64,000 nucleotides of DNA from Somniosus microcephalus (Eukaryota). The notes under the pieces are model-generated. The model was not told the origin of the DNA, ran no database searches, and worked only from the letters and a program-made list of their open reading frames with translations. Location of the stretch: the NCBI GenBank assembly GCA_052327205.1, contig CM126203.1:344038001-344102000 (forward strand), written 5' to 3'. Position numbers and translations under genes: made by a program. Below, piece by piece: positions 1 to 12,000 of this stretch (positions are counted from its first letter, which is position 1; the number at the start of each line of letters is the position of its first letter).

Positions 1-99
1 CCCCTCTCGTGTCTGTCCTGAGGTACACACACAAAGTTTCGCTTTTCTCCCAGCTTGCTAGCATCAGTGCTTGGGAGAGAAGCCCTTAATCTGGGAGGG

Positions 100-845
100 T
101 TGGTGATCCTTGTAGGAGCCCAGCCAGGAGATCATTGGTGCAGTTGAGTCTAGAGGTGAGACAGCCCTGTATGAGGTTTTCAGAGGTAGTGGTGGTGGCG
201 GATGTTGTTAGGGACGTGGAAGTAGGCAGTCATTGTAATGGCGAGTTTATGGGGTCATAAACTCCACTCTGGGTCAAACAGGCTGGTTTAGCCTGATGCA
301 GTGGCCAAGGAGGGGGATGGAGTTGGTGACGAGAATACAGAGACTGTGCCAGGGCCTGAAGACAAGGGCTTTGGTCTTACCATTGTTTAGCTGAAGGAAA
401 TCATAGTTCAGGCAAGAGTCAAATTGCAGAAACAGTGGAGCCAGGGTCAACAGAGGTGGTAGGAATGTTGGAGCTGGGTGTCTTCAGCGTATTTGTGGAA
501 GTTGACCACATGTCTGCAGATGATGTAACCAAGGAGCAGCATGTGGATGAGGAAGAGAAGGGGACCAAGGATAAATCCTTTGGTGGGCTCCCAAGGTGGC
601 TGTGTGGAGGTGTGAAGAGAAGCCATTGCTAGAGATGCTGTGGCTAGCATTGGATAGGTAAGAGAGGAACCAAGCGAGGGCAGGCCCCCTCCTAACCTGG
701 ACAACAGAGGAGAAGTGTTGGAGGAGGATGGTGTGATCAACTATTTCGAAGGCGTCGGAAAGGTCGAGCTGGCTTAATGGACCATGGCCATCGTCACAGA
801 AAATGTTTTTTGACTGGTTAGAGCCACTTCAGTGCTTTGAAAGGG
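100..845 (-). mobile_element. Decayed L2-type LINE RT fragment; it continues at about 1730-2450 beyond nested insertions
   Basis: Minus-strand ORF 447..740 contains a degenerate QG-SILGPLLF and YADDTQL-like motif (GFILGPLLFLIHML...HKYAEDTQL). Confidence 0.7.
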
Positions 846-849
846 ACAG

Positions 850-1206
850 GGCTAGACGGACTGGATGCAGAGAGGATGTTTCCCCTGGCTGGGGGGTCCA
901 GAACAAGGGGTCACAGTCTCAGGATACGGGATGGGACATTTAGGACTGAGATGAGGAGAAATGTCTTCACCCAGAGGGTGGTGAACCTGTGGAATTCTCT
1001 ACCACAGAAGGCTGTGGATGCCAAGTCACTGAATATATTTAAGAAGGAGATAGATAGATTTCTGGACACAAAAGGCATCAAGGGGAATGTGGAGAGAGCA
1101 GGAATATGGTATTGAAATAGAGGATCAGCCATGATCATATTGAATGGCGGAGCAGGCTCGACGGGCCAAATGGCCTATCCTGCTCCTATTTTTCTATGTT
1201 TCTATT
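850..1206 (+). mobile_element. CR1 LINE 3' fragment
   Basis: Encodes the CR1 ORF2 C-terminus RTRGHSLRI...FTQRVVNLWNSLP and ends in a (ttctatgt) tail. Confidence 0.9.
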
Positions 1207-1617
1207 ACAGGAAGCGGGGTGGGATGAAGTGTAGTCCAGGTAGCTGTGGGAGTCAGTGGGCTTATAGTGGATGTTGGCCAATAGCCTATCCCCAGAAATG
1301 GAGACAGAGAAGTCGAGGAAGGGAAGGGAAGAGTCGGAGATGGACCATGTGAAGGTGAGGGAAGGGTGGAAATTGGAAGCAACGTGAATTAAATTTTCTA
1401 GTTCGGGGCGAGAGCAGGAAACGGCGCCAATACAGTCATCAATGTACCGGAAAAAGTGAGGGAGGGGACCTGAGTAGGACTGGAACAAAGAATGCTCCAC
1501 ATATCCCATGAAAAGGCAGGCATAGCTAGGGCCCATGCGGGTTCCCATAGCAACACCTTTAATTTGGAGGAAGTGAATGGAATCAAAGGAGAAGTTGTTC
1601 AATGTGGGAACAAGTTC
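1207..1617 (-). mobile_element. Penelope-like element reverse transcriptase fragment
   Basis: GVAMGTRMGPSYA, FRYIDD, LPFLD and YKPTDSHSYLDYTSSHP are PLE RT motifs. Confidence 0.88.
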
Positions 1618-1727
1618 CGACCCGAAACGTTAACTCTGATTCTCTCTCCTCGATGCTGCCTGACCTGTTGAGTGTTTCCAGCATTTTCTGTTATTTCAGA
1701 TTTCCAGCATCCGCAGTATTTTACTAT
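1618..1727 (+). mobile_element. Penelope-like terminal (pLTR) segment, inverted relative to the adjacent RT fragment
   Basis: cgacccgaaacgttaactct...gatgctgcctgacctg...ccagcatccgcagtatttt. The reverse complement of the same motif is at 23526-23646. Confidence 0.75.
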
Positions 1728-2779
1728 TGTAAAGGAAGGTGGGAGATGGGCAGTAGTTAGTGGAGGTGATTTTGTTAAGCAGGGGGTGATTATGGTGGTT
1801 TTGAAAAGGAGCAAGCCAATGCCTAATGATACGGAACCATTTATAACATCAGCTAGCATGGGGCCAGGATAGGAAGTTGATTGGTCAGGGGTTTACTGGA
1901 TATTGGGGATGAGGGAGCAAAGGGTAAATCTCATGGATGAGATGAGCGTGGGAGAGGGCAAGACAGGGTTGAGGCCTAGGGTTGGAGAGGGAAGGTTTGT
2001 TTTGGGAAAGGGGAAATGGGCAGAAGCAGCAAAGGCAGCTCAACAGAGGGTCTTTGGCTTGATGACAAATAGATCGATGAGCTGCTTGCATGTTGTTTGA
2101 GGTGAGGGTGGGGTGGAGAGAGAAGAGGAGTAAGGATGCAGTTGGTAATAGAGGAAAGAATCCATGGGTTATCTTTGCTTTCCAGGATATTCCTAGAGTA
2201 GTGGGCAATTTTGACTGGGGAAAGTGAGGCCCGTTAGAGGCTGGTGTGAGTGAGCCAGATCTGGCCATGTCTGTCTTGCTAGTTATGCTCAATTTTATGC
2301 CCTTTGGACTTGAGGGAGTGAAGATACAGGCCTTACCAGGATTGGAGACGGTGAAAGTTTTGCTGGGGACAAGGACATTGGAGGTGGAGGTGAGGGATTG
2401 GTTGAGCAAATCATTACCTAAATCAGCAGACTTAACAGACGGGACAATGGTTTAATATCTTATTCCGAAAGACCTCCAGTAATGTAACACGCCCTCAGTG
2501 CTGCACTGAGATCCTGGAGTGGGTTTGAACTCTCAACCTACAGTGGGGTGTGTGCTACAGAGCCAAGCTGAGTTAGAGGACGTTTACACTACAACTGTAG
2601 TGCAAAGTGGGTTTGACGTTGCACTGTCTCTACAGTTATAGCATAAATACAGTTTGAATCCGATGTTGAAGCCAAAGCTGACACTTGAGTTAAGTGGAGT
2701 GAGACTCCCAAGAGTAAGACTGACTTGTGGAGTGTGAATGCACCATTAAAAGAATTAGCAAAGATAACATGGTTAGAAT

Positions 2780-3616
2780 GGTTTAAATAAGAGTTTTATT
2801 TTTGATTCAGAATTTTATGCAACTGAGTTTCGTCTCCTCAGTCATACCTCAACTGTGAGAATGTTGCAGTTTATTAGACAGGCCAGGATATGGTTTTAAA
2901 AGTGGGAAGTAGCAAGGCGATGAGACTCACTGAAGTAATAACAGAGCTTAGAACCAAGATGGCTTAAGGCACACTTTGTGAGAGTGAAGACTACGAGGTA
3001 GACCTTGACCATGTGCGACAGTATAACATGGGTCGTAGTGAGTCGACAGCCCGTTTTGAATCTCTCCCGATTTTTTATTTCCAGTGCCTTCAGAAATTGG
3101 GACAGAATGTAAAACGGGGCTGCTGACTCGCTATCACCCATTTTACACTGTCGCGCAAAGTCAAGATCTACCCCCATCATACTCATGTTTTTTTTGCAGA
3201 GTTTGTAAACTTTATAAAATGTGAAAATGTTTTTGGATTTCTGGCTGCAATTTTCAGTGCTCCGCTGCTTTCACAGTGTGAAGGTTTGCTGTTTTGTTGC
3301 CGACAGTACCTTGCTCTGTCGGGGGAAGGGAGAGAAAGTTCCTAATTTAAGATATTTTCCACCTAACAAATTCTGCAAAGCGATGTATGGGGAAAAAAAT
3401 ATTTAGCCCACTATACGGCCACCAATATGTCTTCTCCTGGTGCCCCATTTTTTTTTTTACAGAAAAGCCTGAAATTACTCTTTCTCTAGTGAATTCTTGA
3501 CAATATCCTGGCCTGTCTAATAAATTGTAACATTTTCACAGTTGAGGCTTGACTGAGGAGACGAAACTCCGTTGCATAAAATTCTGAATCAAAAATAGAA
3601 AACTCTTATTTAAACC
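2780..3616. repeat. Inverted repeat with arms of about 112 bp (2780-2891 and 3503-3616)
   Basis: ggtttaaataagagtttt...gacaggccaggatat versus atatcctggcctgtc...aaaactcttatttaaacc, with a few mismatches. Confidence 0.9.
2997..3175. mobile_element. Palindromic MITE of about 180 bp; half copy at about 51136-51220
   Basis: The arms ggtagaccttgac...acagcccgtttt and aaaacggggctg...gtcaagatctacc are complementary. Confidence 0.75.
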
Positions 3617-4599
3617 GGATGCAGGATTGGCAGCATTTCCTGTGCAGCATTTCAGTCCCGCACAGAAAATTTGGTAAATTGTTCAATACACAGTATAGGG
3701 AGCTAAATTACAATGAAATAGAATCATTCTTTATCTGTTACAAACATTAATTTTGTCTGCCTTTTACTCCCCTACCACCACCGGTGGAAAGCATTTATTG
3801 ACGTGAATATTGTTTTTGTTGGAAAAATGTGCTAGTGAGTGCAAAAAAAATTAATTTTAATCTATCAGCAACTTTATATGTAAATGTCTAAAATTTAATG
3901 AATGCAGTTTTTAAAAACAATCCTTGTCTGGTCAGTTGTAAAATTAATGGATCAATCTTGTGAATGTTACTATTTGTATGGCAGATAGATCACTTTATCT
4001 CTTTGCTGCAGCATTCACTATATAAAAATAGACCATGACTATGTAATGACTTACCTAACTACTTTATCAGACCATGGTGAACCTTAAAACATGTGGGTGA
4101 CTGTAGAACAATATGTTTTATTCAGGAATTTATCTAGTCACCCTTTTTAAAAAAAAAAAATTGGCAATGTTTTTAAATACTTGGCTGCTGAAATCCCTCA
4201 ACAACAGGATTTAAAATGACATTTTCTAATTTAGTTTAATTTATGTTTGGTGAGGGTAGGAAATTAAGAGTTGTCCTCAGTTTAACATGTAGTTCCTCAT
4301 AAAGCGTGGACTATAATTTTTCTCTTTTTTTAAAATTTAGTTTTGTGCCTATGCCCATTCTAACTCCTGTGTACCTACGCATGTCAGTGTTGGAAGAGAG
4401 AAAGAGCATGCTAGTGAGAACGGTTGATCTTTGCTTTGACCCCCATTCTTGCAGTTCTTGAACTCCTGAACTGCAGTCAGTCCATTTTTTATTAGCCTTG
4501 TCTGAAATCAACTTGAGAACCGTGTTAACCTTGCTGTGTACAGTTAAAAAAAAGTGTCGCAGATAGGCTGCAGAAAAGCCGTGGAGAATTAATTGTGAC

Positions 4600-4832
4600 C
4601 GTCCGTTGATGTATCACTGTTGCTTTAAGTTAAACTGGCTGATTATACAAGGCTGAGCTGTTTGCTTAATGACACAGCAGACCTCTACCACAGGGAGGTA
4701 AAGAAACCAGTGTTAACAAAAGTCTGTTGCCGGAATCCCAGTGGAAGTGTCTACTTTGTATCGTCAAAATGCAGACAGCTGAAAGTCGAGTCTTGCCAAT
4801 ATTAAGTCCTGGGCTGTGCAAAAAATGATTAA
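4600..4832 (+). other. CTBP1: Candidate CTBP1 5' exon, homologous to the tetrapod CtBP1-S/BARS start exon (5' boundary approximate)
   Basis: Ends ...ttgccaatattaag...aaaaaATGATTAA|gtataa and resembles my recollection of the human short-isoform exon (...ttgccaataattaag...aaaaaATGTCAG|). Not verified by alignment. Confidence 0.45.
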
Positions 4833-5287
4833 GTATAAAATGCGCAGGGTGTTGCGGGTTAATGATATACCAGACTTGATATGTCCCTTCTGAACTCAGC
4901 TGAGAGTGCAACACTGAACTAGTCAGGTGACCTGGCCAGCCTATAAGCTCCAGCCCTGGGCCTCTCCCACTCTCACAGACAGCAGGACTTGGCTGGCTTT
5001 TACTTCTGGGGAAAATTGAAGTGGCCGCCATATGCCCAGTATTTTCATATCTCATGTGAAGTGCTCTCAGAAAATGGGGAAATAACGGCCGTGTAGATGG
5101 GGAGCTCTCGCCTCCAGAGCAAAGGGTTACCTCTAGGTAAATGTTTCTTCGCTTTTTTGTGTGTTGCGAATGGCTGAAATAAAGGTGTGCTGGCAGAGAT
5201 GGTAAAATATGTGTGTGTGTGTACAAGCAGCAAGCTCATTCCAACTTCCCCCCCTTCCCCCGCCTCCCTGCTGCTTGCATTTTGCAG

Positions 5288-5300
5288 GCTGCTATTGAAA
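5288..5300 (+). other. Candidate 13-nt microexon GCTGCTATTGAAA
   Basis: Long pyrimidine tract and ctgctgcttgcattttgcag acceptor, with donor AAA|GTGAGA at 5301. Confidence 0.45.
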
Positions 5301-8300
5301 GTGAGATCGTTCACAGGAGTTGTACAGATGGCCTGGCGTGTTGTACATGAGACACTTTATCTGTTTTAAAAAAAAATCCCCCACAAATGACAGCACTTTT
5401 TGTAGTTAATCGTCTTGGTGGTTCTGTGCTGTAGCTGTTTATTTTTTACTTTTTGACAATGGGAGACTTTTTGTTCTTTGTTAATTAATTCTGAACTAGT
5501 TGTATCTTTTTTCCTGTTCTAGCTGTTGAAATAAGTGAAAGCTGAGAACTAATCACAAATCACATACCAACCCCCCCACCCCAAAAAAAAAGCATTCGGC
5601 AAAGTAAGTTGTGGTTTTTTTTCACAGAAATTATTTTGCATTAAACACGTCCCCCCCTCCTCCAGAATTCTGCAGGTGGGGTGGGAGGGAACAAAGAAAA
5701 CAGCAGCTTTCTGTATTAAAACCTCCCTCTCGTCAGCAATTCTGAAATTCAGTGCGTGGGATTCTGTGACTGCACGTCTCTGGCAGTGCAGCGGATGGTG
5801 TTCAATGAACCTTCTGTGTGCAGCAAGCAAGGACAAGCCCAGCACTTTTGTTTTTTTAGAAAATCTCATCTTTGAGCCGCGCGTAACATCTGCAAAGGAT
5901 TTTGTGCCGCTTTGAAAAATTAGTTCACCCAAACGTTTTGTAGTTAGCTGTCTCAGTTTGCTGCTTTTGTTTCAGAAGAGCTCAGGCTAATGGTGATTTT
6001 TTTTTTCCATAAAAGAATAATGTCCTACCTGAAGAGAGAAAAAAATATATAAACCATTGCATCAATAGTGTAAAGGATGAACGGGATTGTGCATGTCTAA
6101 TTATTTCCTTAAATAGCTTATTTAATTAATAAAAATATAACAGTACCCGAGTGTAAACGTGATTAATTGGCATTGCTTTAAGCTATTATTGATGGTATTT
6201 TTCATGGAGTGAATAATTCTTTCCAGTAAAGATATTAATATTTAATTACGCTTGGCATTTTCTAAAACTATTTTGTCCCTTGTGTTGGCCTCCAATTATT
6301 GTAGCAGAAAACAAATTAAATCTCTGTCCTTTTGTCACCTAGCTGATTTTTTCAGTGTTTTAAAATAGTTTGTAATGAATTTAAAGCCAGCTCGAGCTAT
6401 GAATTCTGTTGTGGTGCGACAGTTGCATTTTTTTCTCTATTGTGGCCTCATATAAGGAATATTTTTGGTACTTAATTTTGCACATTGCAAGAATCTGAGA
6501 ACTAACAGAGCTCAAAGATTTTGAATCTCTGAAAGGAATTTTGTGCAGCTATGTTTTCAGATATCTGTGTAGGCTGATTTGAGGGAGATACTGTTCCTTT
6601 AGTGGAAGAAAAGAACTGAGGAAAATAAGTTAATACATGCAAATAGTGACTTTCTTTTACAATTTGTATCATGGACAGGAGAATGAAGATTGCCAAAAGC
6701 TTCCATGCATCCTGAACATGACAAGTGGAAGAGTTATGGTCAGTAGGGTCAATTTAATAAATAAATCCCTGGATTTGTAAACTGATGCAAACTTAGTGTC
6801 CAGGGTGTAGTCAGCTTTGTACCTGGAAAAATAAATTAAATTGTTGCTATATTTTAGCACTTACATTTTCTCACATCTAGTGTGGCATTCAAGCACAGCG
6901 TTCAGTGGGACTGGATGAATGCAGTGTATTTTCTAAATCTTTACTGGTTTGAAATCTCCATGTGTGATGCTGATCCATTCACTTTTTTTTAAGCAGCCAA
7001 GAGTGTTGATGAGAATACAGACATCAACATCGCATACATATGTAAAAAAAAAATAGTGCTGTCATGGAATGACAGGATTGTATCATATGCTGACATAACA
7101 ATTGTGTGTTGAATGAAGTAAGCTGGCTTTACAGTCATACATTCTAGTTAGTCTCTCTCTTTTATATTGTATTGTAGTTTATTTCAGGAGGAGAGGAAAG
7201 GCCTATTGTTTGTACTTTCACCAAAAATAAGCATTAAACTTGCAATCCAGATGGCATATTTATATTTTTTTAATATTTGGTTGCAGTAGCTTTCTGGTGG
7301 CTGAGACCAAAAAGTTGAAAGTTCAAGTGGGATGTTCTCAACTTGCCTCAACAGAGGATTCAGTTTTTGCCAGTCCGGTTCCTGCACAGAACATTACAGG
7401 GGAAGATTTCCCCTCTGTTTGGTGTAACGTTATTGTCTTCTTTATTATTTATCTCCATTTTGTTGCTGAAACTAGCACACAAATGAAATCTTTCCATCCA
7501 GTGAAGTGGGGTGTGAGAGACTGTTCACCCTTTAACTTACTACTCCTGCTGCTGCTGCTGCCTGCTAACACAGCACCACTTACCACAGCCATTGAAAAAT
7601 CTACAACTCATTACTTCGCATTTTCTTGGCTGGAGGGGAAATGATGCCATTGGAGTGGAAAGAGGCAAAATATAAGGGTTTACCACCATCCTTAAAATCT
7701 GTAATGACAATAGTATTCCTGTATCATTCCTAGATTATCAGAAGTCACCAGAGGGTTCCAACTGAAAATTAATTTGGTGATTCACAGGTTCAGCCCAACC
7801 CAATTTTACTACTTGCAACAATTTCAAAACAGGAAGTGGACTAGCAGCAAGTTAATGAGGGGCGATGGCTTCCACCGCTGTGGTCTCATACTGCCGTGGG
7901 CAGGTGGGAAACTAACTGAAACCAGTGGTCTCCCACCGGAAACCTGTTGAGCTAAAATCGCCACCACCCCAAGTTTGCTTTATGGCGCAAGTACAAAAGC
8001 ATATTTTACGAAAGTAGGAAATAGTTATGCAGAAACCTAGTAAGTCGGTGATTCCTACAGTGTTGACTCTTGCCTTATTTGCAAGCTCATGCACCTTTTG
8101 GCATGAATTTCCGCGGCGGTTCTCCCGCTCGTCCGCCGTCCTTTCGGCGGCAGAGCCTCAGAAACCCCAAAGAAAATGGTTTCCGCCATTTTCTGGTGCT
8201 AGCCCACCAACTAATACATTTATTGAATTCAGTTTCGCAGCGTGCCATGGTGGGATTTAAATGCACAGTCTGTGGGTTCCTAGTCCAGTATCATAATCAG

Positions 8301-8372
8301 TTGGCTAAGGTAGATTGGGGAATTAGATTAAAAGGTATGATGGTAGGTAAGCCGTGGCAAACTTAAAGAACA

Positions 8373-9055
8373 CTTAGTATGCAGGTGCAGCAAGCAATTA
8401 GGGAGGCAAATGGCATGTTGGCCTTTAATTCAAGGGGGTTGGAGAACAAGAGTAAGGAAGTCTTTCTACAATTGTACAGGTCTTTGGTGAGACCACACCT
8501 GGAGTACTGCGCATAGTTTTGGCCTAGTTCTCTGAGGAAGGATATATTTGCCTTGGAGACGGTGCAACAAAGGTTTGCTGGATTGATTCCTGGGATGAGA
8601 GGGTTGTCCTATTAGGAGAGATTGAGTAGATTGGACCTATACTCTCTGGCGTTTAGAAGACTGAGAGGTGATTTCATTGAAATATATAAGATTCTGAGGG
8701 GGATTGACAGGGTAGATGCTGAGAGGTTGTTTCCCCTGGCTGGAGTGTCTAGAACTAGGGGGCATAGTCTCAGGATAAGGGGTTGGCCATTTAAGGCTGA
8801 GATGAGGAGGAATTTCTTCACTAAGAGGGTTGTGAATCTTTGGAATTCTCTACCTCCAAAGGGCTGTGGATTCTGAATTGTCGAGTATGTTCAAGGCTGA
8901 GATCGATAGACTTTTGGACTCTGGGGGAATCGAGAGATATGAGGATAGTGCGGGAAAGTGGAGTTGAGGTCGATGATCAGCCATGATCTTAGTGAATGGC
9001 GGAGCAGGCTCGAGGGCTGTATGGCCTACTCCTGCTCCTATTTCATATGTTCTTA
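8373..9055 (+). mobile_element. CR1 LINE 3' fragment
   Basis: Encodes LVRPHLEYC, RRLRGD.IE.YKI and RTRGHSL motifs and ends in the CR1 3' tail. Confidence 0.9.
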
Positions 9056-12000
9056 AGCTACTGCACCCAAAACTGCACGCAGTCCTCCAGCTGTGCCCTA
9101 GCCAATGTTTTGTACAAATTCATCACTACTTCTTTACTCTTGTACTTTATTCCCCTATTTATAAAACACAAAGTGCCTTTTTATCGCTTAATCTGCGTGT
9201 AGTCTTCCTCTTTCAGAGTATTATGCATTTGAACCTGTAGGTCACTCTGCCCATCCACATTCTTCAGCATCTTTCCATTGAGTGTATCCTCCCATTCCTA
9301 GTTTTTACTCCCAAAATGTATTCCACACCTGTATCCACACAAAGTTGCAACAGCCACCTGTCTGTCCATTCTGTTAATCTGTCCACATCTTCCTGAAGTC
9401 TCCTACAATCTCCCTTTCTATTTGCTAAACCTCTTTTGTGTTTTCAGCATTTTCCGAGAGTGCGCTCTCAATGCCCAAGACCAAAACATCGACGTGGGCA
9501 CCAAGAGTAAAAATCAGATGCAGCACTGATACTTAGGCTACACCATTTTTGGCCTGGGCAATACCCTTTACCCCAAGTCTTCCTGTCTGTCAACCAACGT
9601 TCTATCCATGCTGCTACTTTTTCTCTATTCCACTTGCCTCAATTTTTGTAACAAGACACCTTGTGAGACCCTATACTGAGCACCTTCGGAAAATCTATTC
9701 TACATTACACCTACTGCATTCCCGTTATGTCAAGTTGGTCACTTCTTTAAATTACTCAATAAATTTTTCAAACACAACTTGCCTTTAACAAATTCATGCT
9801 GTGGGTGTCTTTGATTAATTTGGGCATTTCTAAATGCTCATTAATTTTATCTCAAACTATAGATAAATGTACTATGATGATTTAGGAGTTTAATTTCCTC
9901 TGTTAGTACACTGCTTAATGTGTGCGTAAAATTCCTTTTTTTTTCAATGCAATCGTCGAACTGTTTAAAATAAGCAGGTTAACAACTGTTAGAAAAGCAC
10001 ACATGAATTTTACAAAAGTGTGTTTGGTAGCATGCTACCAGAGGAAGATAACCTCCTACCATTTATTAATAAGTACTGCATTAATTTCATCATCAGAACA
10101 ATCAGAAAATGAGGTGTCAATTACCAGGCACCATGGAATGAATTTCCTCCCAAAATCTAGCATGTGTAAATAAAATGCTAAAAGATTAGTGTTTTCATTG
10201 GAGTGAAAAACACTTCAAAGGCTACCCATATGTCATATCCACTTATTTTGTCAGTCATTTTGTAATGCAGTAGTTGTCTCCTCCGGTACAATTATCTCTC
10301 TTAGTTTAGCATCTTAACCTTCACAATCCAGGTCTTGATGCAAATTTCAACCAGTAGAGGTCAAAACATGAATCCCTGGGACCCTGCAGTCAGCACTAAT
10401 GCCCCAGCACCACTCACCTTACCCATCAGCCAATTTCTTATTTATACCCAAGTTTTTTTCTTGAGCCCCTCCCACCCTTTTAGAATGGCTGGTCTGAGCT
10501 GCGAGTGTGACTTTTAAGCGTAGATTAGAATTTTGTTCGATTACTCGCAGGAGCTGTCAAAAATTTTCAGAGAGCTTTTATCTTATTGGAAGTTCACCTG
10601 AGATTGGTTGTCTTCCTCAGGAAATTGAGCAAGGACACAGTTTAAATACGGCTTAGTCAGCTGTGGCAGTCTGCTCCGGTTTCACACAAGTAGATTAGCA
10701 TCTACTGCAATGACTTGCACATAAGACAGCCCTCCCTCACTTCCATTAGCCAAGCAGTAACATAAAAGTCATCTTCATGCACAAGTGTATACGGTAAAAA
10801 GAATGGGTGCTAAGTGGGGTCCAGTGCAGCATTTGCTGAACCTGTATGAAGCTTAGTAATTGCTTGTATGAAATATATTTTTAACAAAAGTCTCAAGATT
10901 TTAGAAGGTTTAGTTTAAAGAGTTAAGAAAAATCATAGGCTCAGTCTTGCATTTGAAGTAGGGAGTAGGCTAATGAGATTTTCTTAAATTTATCTTCCTT
11001 TTGACACTAACAGTAATAATGGAGCACTCTAATTGAAAGGACAGGGTCTTTTCACCGCTGTTGCTGTATTGATACCCTAGCACGTGGCAATCTGCTAATT
11101 TTGCATGCCTTTAGCAAGAATGATAGATCAATAGAAAATGAGTTAATATAACTTTTTATACCTAAATTGCCATGGAGTTTTAGATTATTGAAAATACCTG
11201 GCATATTCATGATATATTGTGACTCTTTTATTTGAATATACAATATAATCGTATGAGAATGGTATCAATCTTCATGCTCATAATTGCTGTAATGTATTTT
11301 AAAAGCTTAAAATAACCTTATTTACTAAACCCTTATTTTGACAATTCTGGAATGTCACTAACAAATGCCATAACCTGCAGTTATACTCATCCTGGATGGC
11401 GCTATTCTAAAATATTTTAAACCAACAAATAGAAAAATAAATAAGTACAGAATTTTCTTCCTGCATGAAGGAAGGCATGGTGAAGGCAAAACACGTCAAG
11501 CTGCTGTGTGAGCCACTGAACAAACGGCACTGTGTCTCAGTTAATATGTAGCATGTTACTGGTCCAGTACAGCAGCACAACTCGCACTTAAGTAGGGGGG
11601 GGGGTGAATATTGAATAGAAATTCATGCTTTCTACATTTCAGGCTTTGAATGTAAAATTTAAGAAATCTGTGACTATTTCAACGTCATGAATTGTGATCG
11701 GGTAACTTTAATTGAACTACAGTATTTTACTCATTCATTTTATTTTTACAAGAAACTGTACTGTAGAATAGGAACTTTAAAAGGGCAGTATCCAGCTTGA
11801 GGGTCATTTCAGGTTGATACGCTTGTTTGCATTAAAGCTTCATTTACACAGAATGTGAATAGCAGTGCACACTTGTTTTACACTTTATTAATAATACGTT
11901 GTCTATTAATTATGTTTAGAAAAAGCATTATGGCTATCGCTGGGTTCCAACAGATGAAGCAATGAAGATTTTTTTACACAAAAATGACTACAGTATGCAC

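Noticed and set aside
4666-5226. 186-aa minus-strand ORF
   Set aside because: Non-ATG start, no recognisable domain, and antisense to the candidate CTBP1 5' exons. Probably chance.
11477-11545. MVKAKHVKLL... as a CtBP2-like N-terminal exon
   Set aside because: Poor similarity to MALVDKHKVKRQRLDRICEG and no phase-1 consensus donor.
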